A DNA stretch of 64,000 nucleotides from Minisyncoccota bacterium (GCA_018657765.1 JABHWM010000018.1:91541-155540); one strand, 5' to 3'; counted from the first letter of the stretch, positions 19,234 through 29,431 are shown. Notes: a model not told the origin generated them from the sequence alone. Program-made: numbers and translations.

Positions 19234-21804
19234 TTATCCCACTGACCCCTCCATCTCAAAATCAATTAATCTATTCATCTCCACCGCATACTCCAAAGGT
19301 AACTTTCTCACCAGATCCGCAATAAAACCATTGACGATCATTTTTCTAGCATTTTCTTCTGAGACACCTCTACTCATCAGATAAAACAACTGATCATCAC
19401 CCACTTTGGAAACAGTAGCTTCATGCTGAATCTCTACCTGGTTATTAGATATTTTATCTACGGGATATGTATCAGATCTAGAATCACCATCCAAAATCAA
19501 GGCATCACAAACAACTGTGTTTTTACTATGGTGAGCTTCAGGGGCAACATAAACTAAGCCTCTATAACTAGCTCTACCACCACCTTTACTAATAGATTTT
19601 GAGATAATCGTTGAAGAAGTATAAGGAGCTAAATGAATCGCCTTAGCACCGGTATCTTGATGTTGTCCATGTCCCGCCAAAGCCATCGATAAAACCTCAC
19701 CCTTTGCACCTTTGCCTGCCAAAATATACCCAGGATATTTCATTGTTACTTGTGAACCCATGTTGAAATCAGTCCAGACCATTTTTCCATCTTCATGAAC
19801 ATAAGCTCTTTGAGTTACTAAGTTATAAATATTCTTATACCAATTCTGAACAGTAGTGTACTGACAGGTAGCTCCTTTTTTTACGATAATCTCTACCACT
19901 CCAGAGTGAAGAGAACTCGAGGCAAATTGAGGTGCCGTACAATTATGAACTGCAACTCCATTGGCTACATAACTTTCATCTTGTTTAACACTAAAATTAT
20001 AAACATCAATATTTTTTACTTCAGTTTTAGAAATATTATTTACTGGAGAATATAAATATTTATCATCTAAATAATAAAAAGTTGCTCTTTTTTTTCCATT
20101 TATTTTTGCTTCTATTTTCTGACCAACTAACTCACCAAACTTAACCATGTATTCACCACCAATAACCAGATTAAACATTGTTTGACGACCTTCATGTTTT
20201 CTAACTCTCTTATTAATACCACAAGCGATATCTAATCTTAGTAAAATCTGTTTCATCTGATAAACCAAATTTTTAGAAGTAGTTGAACCTCTAAATATTT
20301 CTTTTAAACCATGTTTTAACTGCTTATTGTAATAATTCCCATCACCTCTATACCAGCCCAAAATCACTTCTGATTGTTTCTTTGGAGAAGCCTGCATAAC
20401 CCATTTGGGAACTTGTTTACTTGACGATGATGTACCAAATTGCTCAAAAATTCTACATAATTTTGTTGAACTAACAACAACAGACGTTCCATTATTAGTT
20501 TTATGATGATTTTCTCTAATTCTATCCTCATTAAAAACCAATTTAATTAGCCTTTTTACATCATCAATATATTCTCTTTCATAAGATCCAAAAGAAAAAT
20601 TCAAATAGTGACCACTACTAATACTACCCTCTGCCAAATAGTAGCCAATTAATCTAAAAAACTCAGGTATTAAAGGTACTTTTACAGCAACTTTAGAAAA
20701 ACCATGTCTACCTGCTCCCATTTTAATAGTCTGTTCAAGAAACTTAGATTCTTTTACTAATCTATCTATAGGAGTACAAACATAATCTCCTTTAGTTACA
20801 TTTTTTATAGCTAACCACTCTGGTTTCCACTTTTTATTACGTTCATTATTTTTTATTCTCTTAACAACAAGAAATGGATGCTCTTCTGTGGCCTCAATAA
20901 CTTGATGGATATTTCCGGTTACTTTAACTTCATAAAGCTCCCCAGAATATTTTCTAATCTGGGTATGACCAACTGATCTAACCCTACCAGCATGGGTCAA
21001 AACTTTATCTGTAGCCAAAACATCTTTAATAGGAATAATTCCTCTATCTGTCGTAATTTCTGTCTCTGCTGTAAAACAGCCTTCTACGTAATGAACAGAA
21101 GCTCCTTCATCCACAATAATCAAGGTTCTCTCGAACTGCCCAAAAGATTCTGAGTTAATCCTAAAGTAAGTCTGTAAAGGCATTTTTACATGAACTCCAG
21201 GAGGAATATAAACAAAAGATCCACCAGACCATACAGCAGTATTAAGAGCTGCATATTTATTATCATCATTAGGGATTACTGTCCCAAAATATTTTTTGAA
21301 TAATTCTGGATGCTTAGACAAACCTTCTTCTATAGAAACAAAGATTACTCCATCTTTTTCCCAGGCCTGTTTTAGTGATCCATAAATGATTTCACTATCA
21401 TATTGAGCTTTTACCCCAGCCAGGTGAGCTCTCTCTGCTTCTGGAACACCGATTCTCTCGAAGGTTTCTTTTACTTCTGGAGGAACATCATCCCAAGACC
21501 TTGCTTGTTGATCGGTTGGTTTCAGATAATATGATAAATCATCCAGTTTGAGATCAGATAAATCTGGACCCCAGCTAGGAATTTTTTTATTCTGGAATTC
21601 TTTAAAACCAGCCAAACGATTCTTTAACATCCAGTCTGGTTCTTGTTTCATACCAGAAATCTTCTTTACTATTGCTTCATCCAAACCTTTTTCAGCCTGA
21701 AAAGCATAATCTTTGGTATTAAAAGAATATCCATGCTCATAACTATCTTGATCTTTTATGAAATTATCCCCTGGTTTACTGACTTTGGTAGTTTTTTTAG
21801 CCAT
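19234..21804 (-). CDS. sufB: Fe-S cluster assembly protein SufB with intein (477-aa extein)
   Basis: AQYDSE, WSGGSFVY, GQFERTLII, YVEG|CTAP, LHSGVVE, HEATVSK, EMEGSVG C-terminus. Confidence 0.97.
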   Translation of the reverse strand: MAKKTTKVSKPGDNFIKDQDSYEHGYSFNTKDYAFQAEKGLDEAIVKKISGMKQEPDWMLKNRLAGFKEFQNKKIPSWGPDLSDLKLDDLSYYLKPTDQQARSWDDVPPEVKETFERIGVPEAERAHLAGVKAQYDSEIIYGSLKQAWEKDGVIFVSIEEGLSKHPELFKKYFGTVIPNDDNKYAALNTAVWSGGSFVYIPPGVHVKMPLQTYFRINSESFGQFERTLIIVDEGASVHYVEGCFTAETEITTDRGIIPIKDVLATDKVLTHAGRVRSVGHTQIRKYSGELYEVKVTGNIHQVIEATEEHPFLVVKRIKNNERNKKWKPEWLAIKNVTKGDYVCTPIDRLVKESKFLEQTIKMGAGRHGFSKVAVKVPLIPEFFRLIGYYLAEGSISSGHYLNFSFGSYEREYIDDVKRLIKLVFNEDRIRENHHKTNNGTSVVVSSTKLCRIFEQFGTSSSSKQVPKWVMQASPKKQSEVILGWYRGDGNYYNKQLKHGLKEIFRGSTTSKNLVYQMKQILLRLDIACGINKRVRKHEGRQTMFNLVIGGEYMVKFGELVGQKIEAKINGKKRATFYYLDDKYLYSPVNNISKTEVKNIDVYNFSVKQDESYVANGVAVHNCTAPQFASSSLHSGVVEIIVKKGATCQYTTVQNWYKNIYNLVTQRAYVHEDGKMVWTDFNMGSQVTMKYPGYILAGKGAKGEVLSMALAGHGQHQDTGAKAIHLAPYTSSTIISKSISKGGGRASYRGLVYVAPEAHHSKNTVVCDALILDGDSRSDTYPVDKISNNQVEIQHEATVSKVGDDQLFYLMSRGVSEENARKMIVNGFIADLVRKLPLEYAVEMNRLIDFEMEGSVG
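19942..21078 (-). mobile_element. Intein with LAGLIDADG homing endonuclease (379 aa) in sufB
   Basis: Starts CFTAET after VHYVEG; block B ATEEHPF; LIGYYLAEG and ILGWYRGDG motifs; block F VYNFSV; ends AVHN before C+1 (CTAP). Confidence 0.96.
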
Positions 21805-21833
21805 ATTGTTTTGAAATATTTGTAATTTGTTAT

Positions 21834-22583
21834 CTAGTCACTTATCTGACCATAACCTGTTTTTTCTAACTCCTCTACCAATTCAGAACCACCAGTTTTT
21901 ACCACTCGTCCACCAGAAATAACTAAAACTTTATCGTAATCTAAATACTGTAATATCCTTTGATAATGAGTAATCACTATCACTGTCATGTTTGTTTTTT
22001 TCTTTAGATCAGCTACTCCCTGAGCTACAATCTTGATAGCATCTATATCAAGACCAGAGTCTGTTTCATCCAAAATAACTAGCTTTGGTTCTAGAACAAT
22101 CATCTGTAAAATCTCTAACTTCTTTTTCTCCCCACCACTGAATCCTTCATTGAGCCCACGCATCAATAAATCTTTTGAAATAGCTAGTTCTGTGGCTTTC
22201 CTTTGTAAAAAATCTCTAAAATCAACAATCGAAGAGTACTTACGTGTTTCTCTATCTGGATATTTTTCTATATAAAGATTCCATAAAAAATTCAAGATCT
22301 TAACTCCAGGTATCTCTACAGGATACTGAAAAGCCAAAAACAAGCCGGCTTTTGCCCTTTTATCTGGAGAAAGATCAAAAAGTTCTACTCCATCTAGAAC
22401 AGCAGACCCCGTTGCCAGATAATCTGGATGACCTGCAAGAACATTTGATAAAGTTGATTTACCAGAGCCATTAGGCCCCATGACCACAACCATTTCACCT
22501 TTATCTATCGAGAGATCTATTCCTTTTAGAATAGGTTGCTTCTCTATTTCTGCATGAACATTTTTGACTTCAAAAAAAGACAT
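21834..22583 (-). CDS. sufC: Fe-S assembly ATPase SufC
   Basis: GPNGSGKST, AFQYPVEIPG, GFSGGEKK, LDETDSGLD, ITHYQR; start moved to the ATG at 22583 (MSFFEVKN). Confidence 0.96.
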   Translation of the reverse strand: MSFFEVKNVHAEIEKQPILKGIDLSIDKGEMVVVMGPNGSGKSTLSNVLAGHPDYLATGSAVLDGVELFDLSPDKRAKAGLFLAFQYPVEIPGVKILNFLWNLYIEKYPDRETRKYSSIVDFRDFLQRKATELAISKDLLMRGLNEGFSGGEKKKLEILQMIVLEPKLVILDETDSGLDIDAIKIVAQGVADLKKKTNMTVIVITHYQRILQYLDYDKVLVISGGRVVKTGGSELVEELEKTGYGQISD

Positions 22584-22686
22584 AATTACTTTCTCTATTA
22601 TTAAATCTATAAACCTCAAAATATAAAATATATTTAAATTTTTTAAACTACTTTATAAAAAAAATAAACTTAACTTACTAGTTTTT

Positions 22687-23172
22687 TTACTTCAAGCCTT
22701 CTTTGGCAATTGTTTTTACAAAGCTACCAACAGGTTCACCAAAATCAAGACTTTCTAGTTCGTTACCGTCAACCCAGCGATATTCTGTATGCTCATCAGA
22801 TATCATAACTTGATCTGGATTTAAATCAGTAATGTCTCTTACAACCCAGCCACACACAATAGAATAAACCTGTTTTTTTACATCAAAGTAACTGAAAAAA
22901 TGAACCATGTTTTTAAGTTCAAAGACTTCTGGTAAAACTTCCAATCCTGTTTCTTCTATAACTTCACGAGCAATTTCTGCTTGATGTATATTACGAGCAG
23001 ACTCTTCAAGATCAACTGGCCACTCTGCATTTCCTCCTGGTAAATCCCAAGCACCTGGCCTGCTAAGAGCCGTATCAGGACGCTTCAGAACAAGTACTTT
23101 TCCATGATTAACTAGCGCTACTTTGTGGAGAAACTTTACATTTTTTGTAAGTTGGTGTGGTGTTTGTTCCAT
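22687..23172 (-). CDS. NUDIX hydrolase
   Basis: WDLPGG...AREVIEETGL and SDEHTEYRW. Confidence 0.88.
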   Translation of the reverse strand: MEQTPHQLTKNVKFLHKVALVNHGKVLVLKRPDTALSRPGAWDLPGGNAEWPVDLEESARNIHQAEIAREVIEETGLEVLPEVFELKNMVHFFSYFDVKKQVYSIVCGWVVRDITDLNPDQVMISDEHTEYRWVDGNELESLDFGEPVGSFVKTIAKEGLK

Positions 23173-23226
23173 AAATTCTTTCTATTAATTTTCTTTAAAA
23201 TTTTTCTTGTATTTTCCTAAAAAAAT

Positions 23227-23784
23227 CTATTTTACTTTCTCCAAAATCTTAGCAGTATTTTCCAGTGCCCAGCTAGCTTCATAACGAACCTCTGGAATAG
23301 TCTCTAAATCTTTAAGATCTTCTTTAGAAAACCAAGCTATCCCATCGGTTTCTTCAACATTTTGTTTGAACTCAATGCTACCTGTTGGTTTCACCAAATA
23401 TGTGAAAACTAGATGTTTTTCACAACCCAATTTCCAAATAGAACTAACGACTTTTTTATCTGGAGTGTCACTTTCAATTCTTTGTTTATAAAAATCTTTA
23501 TTAATCCAGTGCAAATTAACAGCAAAAGGAGTGGGATAGTATCCAGAATTATCCGTTCCTGGAAAAAGTGACTGAGTGCTTTGAGCCTCCACTTTTACAT
23601 TTGTTTCTTCCCAAAACTCTCTTTCTGCTGCCTGATGAGGCATCTCTCCATCATCGATATGTCCACCTGGAGCCAACCAAATCCCGAGTTTTTTGTGTTT
23701 GATCAATAAAACTTTATCGTCTACCACTAGGAAACCTGCTGCTGTTAGACATGCTTTTGGAGGAAATTTTGAAGATTCTTTCAT
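23227..23784 (-). CDS. NUDIX hydrolase
   Basis: HKKLGIWLAPGGHIDDGE...AAEREFWEET Nudix box. Confidence 0.9.
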   Translation of the reverse strand: MKESSKFPPKACLTAAGFLVVDDKVLLIKHKKLGIWLAPGGHIDDGEMPHQAAEREFWEETNVKVEAQSTQSLFPGTDNSGYYPTPFAVNLHWINKDFYKQRIESDTPDKKVVSSIWKLGCEKHLVFTYLVKPTGSIEFKQNVEETDGIAWFSKEDLKDLETIPEVRYEASWALENTAKILEKVK

Positions 23785-23877
23785 AGAAGAATTGTAACAT
23801 CCTAATCCTGATCTAACCGTCCTATTAGTAGCCTGTCTAGTATAATTACTAACAATATATATTCTGCATAAATAAAA

Positions 23878-24558
23878 ATGATGAAAAATAATAATTTAGA
23901 TAAAGTTACCCTTGTAGATACCAATGACCAAGTAATTGGAGAGATGGATAAATACAAAGCTCATGAACATCCAGCCAAACTTCATAGGGCTGTTTCTGTC
24001 TGGCTAATAAATGATCAAGGAGAAACATTACTTCAAAAAAGAAGTAAAAAGAAAATCGTTGGAGCCACTTGGTGGGGAAACACTATCTGTGGCAATCTTA
24101 GACCAACAGAGACATATCTGGAATGTGCTGTTCGTAGATTAAAAGAAGAAGTAGGAATTATTGTAGATCCAAAAGATAACCAAAAAGAAACTTTAGAACT
24201 AATACCCGTCCATAAATTTATTTATAAAGCTTACTGTAATGAAAAATATGGGGAACACGAAATAGATCAAGTTTTTATAGCTAAATATAATGGGAAAGCT
24301 ATTCCCAACAAAGATGAAGTTAGTGAAGTTGCTTGGGTTGATTTAAACAACCTTACTTTGCAACTAAAGAAAAATATAAAGCTAAATTCCCCACTTAGAG
24401 ATTCCCAGAAAACTTTAGACATGAATCTTGAACAACTCAAATTGCAGACAGCTCCTTATAAATTTGAAGTTAATGAAAAAAATCAGCTCCTAGCTCCATG
24501 GAGTTGTATGATGTTGAACTCTATAAATTTTGAAAAATATCAAATCAAACTCATCTGA
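23878..24558 (+). CDS. idi: Isopentenyl-diphosphate delta-isomerase type 1
   Basis: LHRAVSV, LLQKRS, NTICG, RRLKEEVGI, EHEID, APW; overlaps the convergent gene by 19 bp. Confidence 0.85.
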   Translation: MMKNNNLDKVTLVDTNDQVIGEMDKYKAHEHPAKLHRAVSVWLINDQGETLLQKRSKKKIVGATWWGNTICGNLRPTETYLECAVRRLKEEVGIIVDPKDNQKETLELIPVHKFIYKAYCNEKYGEHEIDQVFIAKYNGKAIPNKDEVSEVAWVDLNNLTLQLKKNIKLNSPLRDSQKTLDMNLEQLKLQTAPYKFEVNEKNQLLAPWSCMMLNSINFEKYQIKLI

Positions 24559-25124
24559 ACTCCAGCATTTTTCTGCGGAGTAAAAGTAAAATCAACAGGT
24601 GCAGTAATCAACCTATTCCATCTATTACGAAACTTCACCTCACCTTTATTGTAACCATAATCCAAAACCTCTTTGGTAACCTTAACATCCTGAATACAAT
24701 ATTTTTCTAGTTTATCCCACTGCTGTCTTTGATAATATTTGATAGCATCCAAACCATCTCCAGTTTTACCAATTCCTAATGTTTCCTTAGCTACTGCATC
24801 TAAGCCAATTCTGTGTCCTACTGAATCCTTAATTCTTGACATCACATCTAAGGTTGGAATATTCCTGATATCACCAGAGTAATATTCTGTGAAAGTCGGC
24901 ATATCAAAGCCATCAATGTTAAAACCAATAACTACATCTGCTTGTTCTAATAATGGGAATAACTTTGGTAAATCTTTTTCGAAATATGACCTGTATTCAC
25001 CTTCTTCTCCAAAACCATTACGGACATTAACCCCAACAAAAGAGATTCCCAAACGATCTGGAAAAAATCCACCTACTTCATCAAAAGTTTTTTTTGTTTC
25101 AACGTCTAAGATTACCTGCAACAT
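24540..25124 (-). CDS. RNase H-like / DEDD 3'-5' exonuclease (YprB-like)
   Basis: LDVET, GFNIDGFD, LDAVAKETLG, YCIQDV; C-terminal QMSLI. Confidence 0.85.
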   Translation of the reverse strand: MLQVILDVETKKTFDEVGGFFPDRLGISFVGVNVRNGFGEEGEYRSYFEKDLPKLFPLLEQADVVIGFNIDGFDMPTFTEYYSGDIRNIPTLDVMSRIKDSVGHRIGLDAVAKETLGIGKTGDGLDAIKYYQRQQWDKLEKYCIQDVKVTKEVLDYGYNKGEVKFRNRWNRLITAPVDFTFTPQKNAGVQMSLI

Positions 25125-25170
25125 AAGGTATTACCTTACCTAATTTTTCCACAGAAAAAAAGGGGAAAAT

Positions 25171-25785
25171 CTAGTCTTCCAAAGCTAACTCATAGAGTTC
25201 TGCTACTTTGGACCAGTTCACAACATTCCAAAATGCTTTAATATAATCAGGTCTTCTATTCTGATAATTGAGATAATAAGCATGTTCCCAAACATCAATT
25301 GTCAAAACTGGCTTCAACTTATCTGTCCATGGGTTGAATTGATTGGGAGTACTCACAATCTCCAACTTTCCATGTCTCACGACCAACCATGCCCAACCAG
25401 AACCAAATCTTGTTGCGGCTGCTGCTGCAAACTCTGCTTTGAACTCTTCTACAGAGCCAAACTGGGCTTCTATAACAGCTTGGAAGTCTTTATCCATCTC
25501 TTGCTTTTCTGGGCTCAGAATCTGCCAAAAGAAGTTATGATTAGCCACTCCACCACCATTATTCTGAACAGCAACACGAAGTTTTGAATCACGAATTTTT
25601 TTCAAAGACTGCATTAATACTTCTACTGGTAACTCCTGCATATCTGGAAGACTTTCCAAAGCAGCATTAAGTTTATTTACATATCCTTGATGATGTTTTG
25701 AATGATGAATTTCCATTGTCTGTGCATCTATATGAGGTTCTAGAGCATCATAAGCAAAATCTAGTTTTGGTAAAGTATGTGACAT
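25171..25785 (-). CDS. sodA: Superoxide dismutase, probably Mn type
   Basis: HHSKHH, NNGGG-x2-[21 protein letters not shown]. Confidence 0.93.
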   Translation of the reverse strand: MSHTLPKLDFAYDALEPHIDAQTMEIHHSKHHQGYVNKLNAALESLPDMQELPVEVLMQSLKKIRDSKLRVAVQNNGGGVANHNFFWQILSPEKQEMDKDFQAVIEAQFGSVEEFKAEFAAAAATRFGSGWAWLVVRHGKLEIVSTPNQFNPWTDKLKPVLTIDVWEHAYYLNYQNRRPDYIKAFWNVVNWSKVAELYELALED

Positions 25786-25885
25786 AAAATTCCTTTTTTT
25801 GAAATTAAAATAATATTTGTATATCTAAAGAAATTATACCTAAATAAAAGGCTAACACAGTGGGCAAACTTACAAAAAAAATTAG

Positions 25886-26731
25886 CTACTCTCCTTGAGA
25901 CTCTTTTACAATCCGCATCAACTCTATAATTCTATCTTTACCAGTAGTTTTCAAGAATTTTTCTATCTCTTCAAAATCTGGAGATTGATCTTCAAGACGT
26001 AAAGAATTTACCTCTTCCCATAAAGTCTGACCAATCATAAAACCACTAGCTCCATTTTCTGTACTTACCCGGACAAACTCTTTGAATTCTTCATATTTCA
26101 CTCCATCAGAGTGAACAATCCAAGGGATATCCAAAGCACTAGTGATCGTTGCTGTAGCTAGGGGATCTTGAGGATACTGTAAAGAAAGAATGCTTGCTGA
26201 TTTTTGTAGTTCAGAGATAGCTTCTAACTGAGTTTCTTGAAACTTGATAGTATCTAGATCAATTCCTGGTGGATGATAAATCACTAATTTTAGTAAAAAA
26301 TCAATTCCCTCGTACTGACAAAAATTGAAAAGCTCTGCTACAAGTTTCTTTTTTTCTGCGGCTTTTTCTTCTGCAGGGTGATACAACAACTCTAATTTGG
26401 CCACACCATAGTTATTTCTGACTTCTTCTATTCCCCATTGATGAATAAATCTAGGTAAACTCAGTGGATCTTGATCATGTTCTTGTTCCAGACGAAGTAG
26501 TAATCCTGAGTTATTATGCTTATAACTCAGGAAAGGCAAAGAATAAGTAGGATCCAGAACTACCCCTGTAGTATGTTCTGTATATAAAATTAAAAACCTA
26601 GTAATCAAAGCATTAAGATTCTCGACATTGGTAGGTTCTGATAAAGATAACCCTAGATTTTCTGCAAAAGAATAAGCCCCGTCTAAAGCTAATATTCCGA
26701 TACCGTTTTTTTGTAGGGCAGAGACTTTCAT
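25886..26731 (-). CDS. Tagatose-bisphosphate-aldolase (LacD)-like TIM-barrel protein, degenerate
   Basis: LALD, VVLDP-x-Y, GLLLRLE, AKLELLYHP, GASGFMIG-x2-LW. Confidence 0.7.
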   Translation of the reverse strand: MKVSALQKNGIGILALDGAYSFAENLGLSLSEPTNVENLNALITRFLILYTEHTTGVVLDPTYSLPFLSYKHNNSGLLLRLEQEHDQDPLSLPRFIHQWGIEEVRNNYGVAKLELLYHPAEEKAAEKKKLVAELFNFCQYEGIDFLLKLVIYHPPGIDLDTIKFQETQLEAISELQKSASILSLQYPQDPLATATITSALDIPWIVHSDGVKYEEFKEFVRVSTENGASGFMIGQTLWEEVNSLRLEDQSPDFEEIEKFLKTTGKDRIIELMRIVKESQGE

Positions 26732-26798
26732 CTGTCTAGTATATCGATTTAAAAAAAACTATTCAATTGAAGGATTTCTAATATCCCAAACCTCAATT

Positions 26799-26829
26799 AA
26801 AAAAGCCCCCACCTTTCAGTGGGGACTTT
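26799..26829 (-). terminator. pnp terminator (GAAA-loop family)
   Basis: GTCCCCACT-GAAA-GGTGGGGGC-TTTTTT on the minus strand. Confidence 0.85.
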
Positions 26830-26853
26830 CTAATTTTCTTTTTTAAAGATTAT

Positions 26854-29184
26854 TTAAGAATCACGTCTGCGGAATCCATCACGAGGGCCATCTGAACCTC
26901 TTGAACCTCCACGACTGTCTCTAGAGTAACCGCGACCTCCTCGATCATTGCGACCACCGCCACGGCGATCTCCACCATATCGGTTGTCTCTACCACCTCC
27001 GCGACCTCCGCGGTCTCCACCACTAGGTTTCTTTGCGGCAGCTTCTTCTGCAGTAATCATGGATAAACCAATCTTACCATCATCTTTTACTTCAGAAATT
27101 CTGACATGAGTAGCATCACCAATCTTGGCAATAGCTTCAACATCATCAACTCTTTCTGTAGACATTTGAGAAACGTGAACTAAACCTTCACGACCTGGAA
27201 GATATTCAACAAACACACCATAGCCTTCTACTCTGGTAATATTACCGTCGAATTCATCTCCTACTTCAATGACACGAACCAAGTTGCTGACTATTGTGAC
27301 AGCTGCATCGATTTTTTCTTGTTCACTAGAAGAGATATTAACTATTCCTAGTTCTCTCTCTTTATCTTCGTCAACATTAATGTCTGCACCAGATTGTTCA
27401 ATGATTGATTTGATCATTTTTCCACCTGGACCGATTAAAGCACCGATTTTTTCAGCTGGAATCTCTATCTGGAAAACTTTTGGAGCATATTGAGAAATTT
27501 GATCTCTAGGAGCTTCAATAGCTTTCATCATTTCACCCATGATATGCATTCTGCCTTCATGAGATTGAGAAAGAGCTTGCTCAAGAATTTCTTTGGAAAC
27601 TCCTTTAAGCTTGATATCCATCTGAATAGCAGTAATACCTTCTTTTGTTCCGGCTACTTTGAAATCCATATCACCGATATGATCTTCAAGACCTTGAATA
27701 TCAGAAAGAACTACATGTTTTTCACCATCACTCATAAGACCCATAGCAATTCCAGAAACTGGTCGTTTGAGAGGAACACCTGCTGCCATCAAAGACATAG
27801 TTGAACCACAAACTGCAGCTTGAGAAGTTGATCCATTAGAACTCATGATTTCTGTTACCACATGAATTGTGTATGGGAAATCAGCTTGACTTGGGATCAT
27901 TGGATATAGAGCACGTTCTGCGAGAGCACCATGTCCTATTTCTCTACGTTTTGGAAATCCGAAACGTCCTGTTCCCCCGAAAGAGTAAGGAGGCATGTTG
28001 TAGTGATGCATGTAATGAAGAGTATCTTCACCGTCAATGCTTTCTACTAACTGACCCAAAGATGGATCTGCCAAAGTTGTAACAGTTACAGCTTGAGTAG
28101 CACCTCTTTTGAACATTGCAGAACCATGAGTTCTAGCAAAAACATCTGTTTCACACCAGATTGGGCGAATCTCTGTAGTTTTTCTACCATCAGGTCTAAC
28201 ACCTTCTTCAAGAATCATTTTTCTTGCTTCTTTTTTGGTCAAAACATAGAGAGCTGCACCGATTTGTTTCTCAGTGATTTCTTCTGCATCTTCATCAAGA
28301 TCAGCATTTAATTTCTCGAAAATAGCGGTTTTAACTTCATCTTCATTAGTAGGAAGTAAACGACCACTTTTTTCTACGATTTCACGAACCTGTTCTGCAT
28401 AATCTACATAGATTTTATCTGCAAGTTCTTCTGTTGCTTGAACCTTGAGTCTATCTTCTTCAGAAATAAGTTCTATTTTTTCTTTACCTATCTCTGCGAC
28501 CATTTCATCAATGACATCACAAACAGCACCTAGTTCTTTCTGAGCGAGAATCATGGCCTCGACCATAACTTCTTCAGAAACTTCTTTTGCTGCAGCTTCT
28601 ACCATAACGATAGTTTTGCCACTTCCAGAAACAATGAGATCTAAATCATTAGCATCACGTTCTGTATGAGTAGGATTAATAGAAAACTTACTAGTTTCTT
28701 TGCTATAACCTACACGAAGACCTGCTAAAGGACCATCGAAAGGAATCTCGGAAATAGCCATACCAATGGTGCTTCCCAAAAGACCCAACATGTCTGGATC
28801 ATTTTCTTCATCATATGAGAAAACAGTGTTGATAGCTTGAACTTCGTTAGTGATTCCATCTGGAAACATTGGACGAAGAGAACGGTCAATAACACGAGCT
28901 TTCAAGATCACGTTATCGTTAGGACGTCCATCACGTTTCATCCAACGAGAACCTTTGATAGTTCCTGCGGAATATAGTTTTTCTGCAAACTCTACTGAGA
29001 GAGGAAAATAGCCAAGATTGACTTTTCTTCCTAGACCAATGGTTGAATGAACTACTGTTTCACCACATGTGATGAGAACTGCAGCAGCAACTTGTTCTGA
29101 GAACTTTCCTACTTCTATAGTGACTTCTTTACCTCCGAGGGTAATAGTCTTTTTATATGTATCTGGATATTTTGGATAACCCAT
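26854..29184 (-). CDS. pnp: Polyribonucleotide nucleotidyltransferase
   Basis: DRSLRP, RREIGHGALA, SNGSTS, GDMDFKVAGT, KH and S1 domains, RGG-rich tail. Confidence 0.98.
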   Translation of the reverse strand: MGYPKYPDTYKKTITLGGKEVTIEVGKFSEQVAAAVLITCGETVVHSTIGLGRKVNLGYFPLSVEFAEKLYSAGTIKGSRWMKRDGRPNDNVILKARVIDRSLRPMFPDGITNEVQAINTVFSYDEENDPDMLGLLGSTIGMAISEIPFDGPLAGLRVGYSKETSKFSINPTHTERDANDLDLIVSGSGKTIVMVEAAAKEVSEEVMVEAMILAQKELGAVCDVIDEMVAEIGKEKIELISEEDRLKVQATEELADKIYVDYAEQVREIVEKSGRLLPTNEDEVKTAIFEKLNADLDEDAEEITEKQIGAALYVLTKKEARKMILEEGVRPDGRKTTEIRPIWCETDVFARTHGSAMFKRGATQAVTVTTLADPSLGQLVESIDGEDTLHYMHHYNMPPYSFGGTGRFGFPKRREIGHGALAERALYPMIPSQADFPYTIHVVTEIMSSNGSTSQAAVCGSTMSLMAAGVPLKRPVSGIAMGLMSDGEKHVVLSDIQGLEDHIGDMDFKVAGTKEGITAIQMDIKLKGVSKEILEQALSQSHEGRMHIMGEMMKAIEAPRDQISQYAPKVFQIEIPAEKIGALIGPGGKMIKSIIEQSGADINVDEDKERELGIVNISSSEQEKIDAAVTIVSNLVRVIEVGDEFDGNITRVEGYGVFVEYLPGREGLVHVSQMSTERVDDVEAIAKIGDATHVRISEVKDDGKIGLSMITAEEAAAKKPSGGDRGGRGGGRDNRYGGDRRGGGRNDRGGRGYSRDSRGGSRGSDGPRDGFRRRDS

Positions 29185-29203
29185 TTTTTTCTTTCTGTTA
29201 GCA

Positions 29204-29391
29204 TGCTACGAGAATCACGTTCAGATTATTTATCTGCGTGACAAACGAGCTCGAATAAGAGCTAACTTCTTCATAAATTCTAGGGGAATACATTCTTCAA
29301 TAAGCAGGGAGTACCTGTGGTTTCAACCACTCCTTGCTGATCGAAGAATTTTGAATATTAATAAATTTATATTCCCGTAGCAACTATTATA
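29204..29391 (-). promoter_or_regulatory. pnp promoter (-10 TATAAT) and structured 5' leader
   Basis: TATAAT at 29391-29386; GCTACGGGAAT/ATTCTCGTAGC closing stem enclosing three hairpins. Confidence 0.65.
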
Positions 29392-29431
29392 CAGGAAGAT
29401 CTTAATTTAAATGTAGAAGTAAGTTTTCTTT

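Noticed and set aside
26870-27030. GC-rich repetitive stretch at the pnp 3' end
   Set aside because: It encodes the in-frame Arg/Gly/Asp low-complexity tail common in PNPases.
29204-29391. SRP RNA, 6S RNA or tRNA in the rpsO-pnp spacer
   Set aside because: No SRP domain IV motif, no cloverleaf, and no terminator between it and pnp; treated as a leader.
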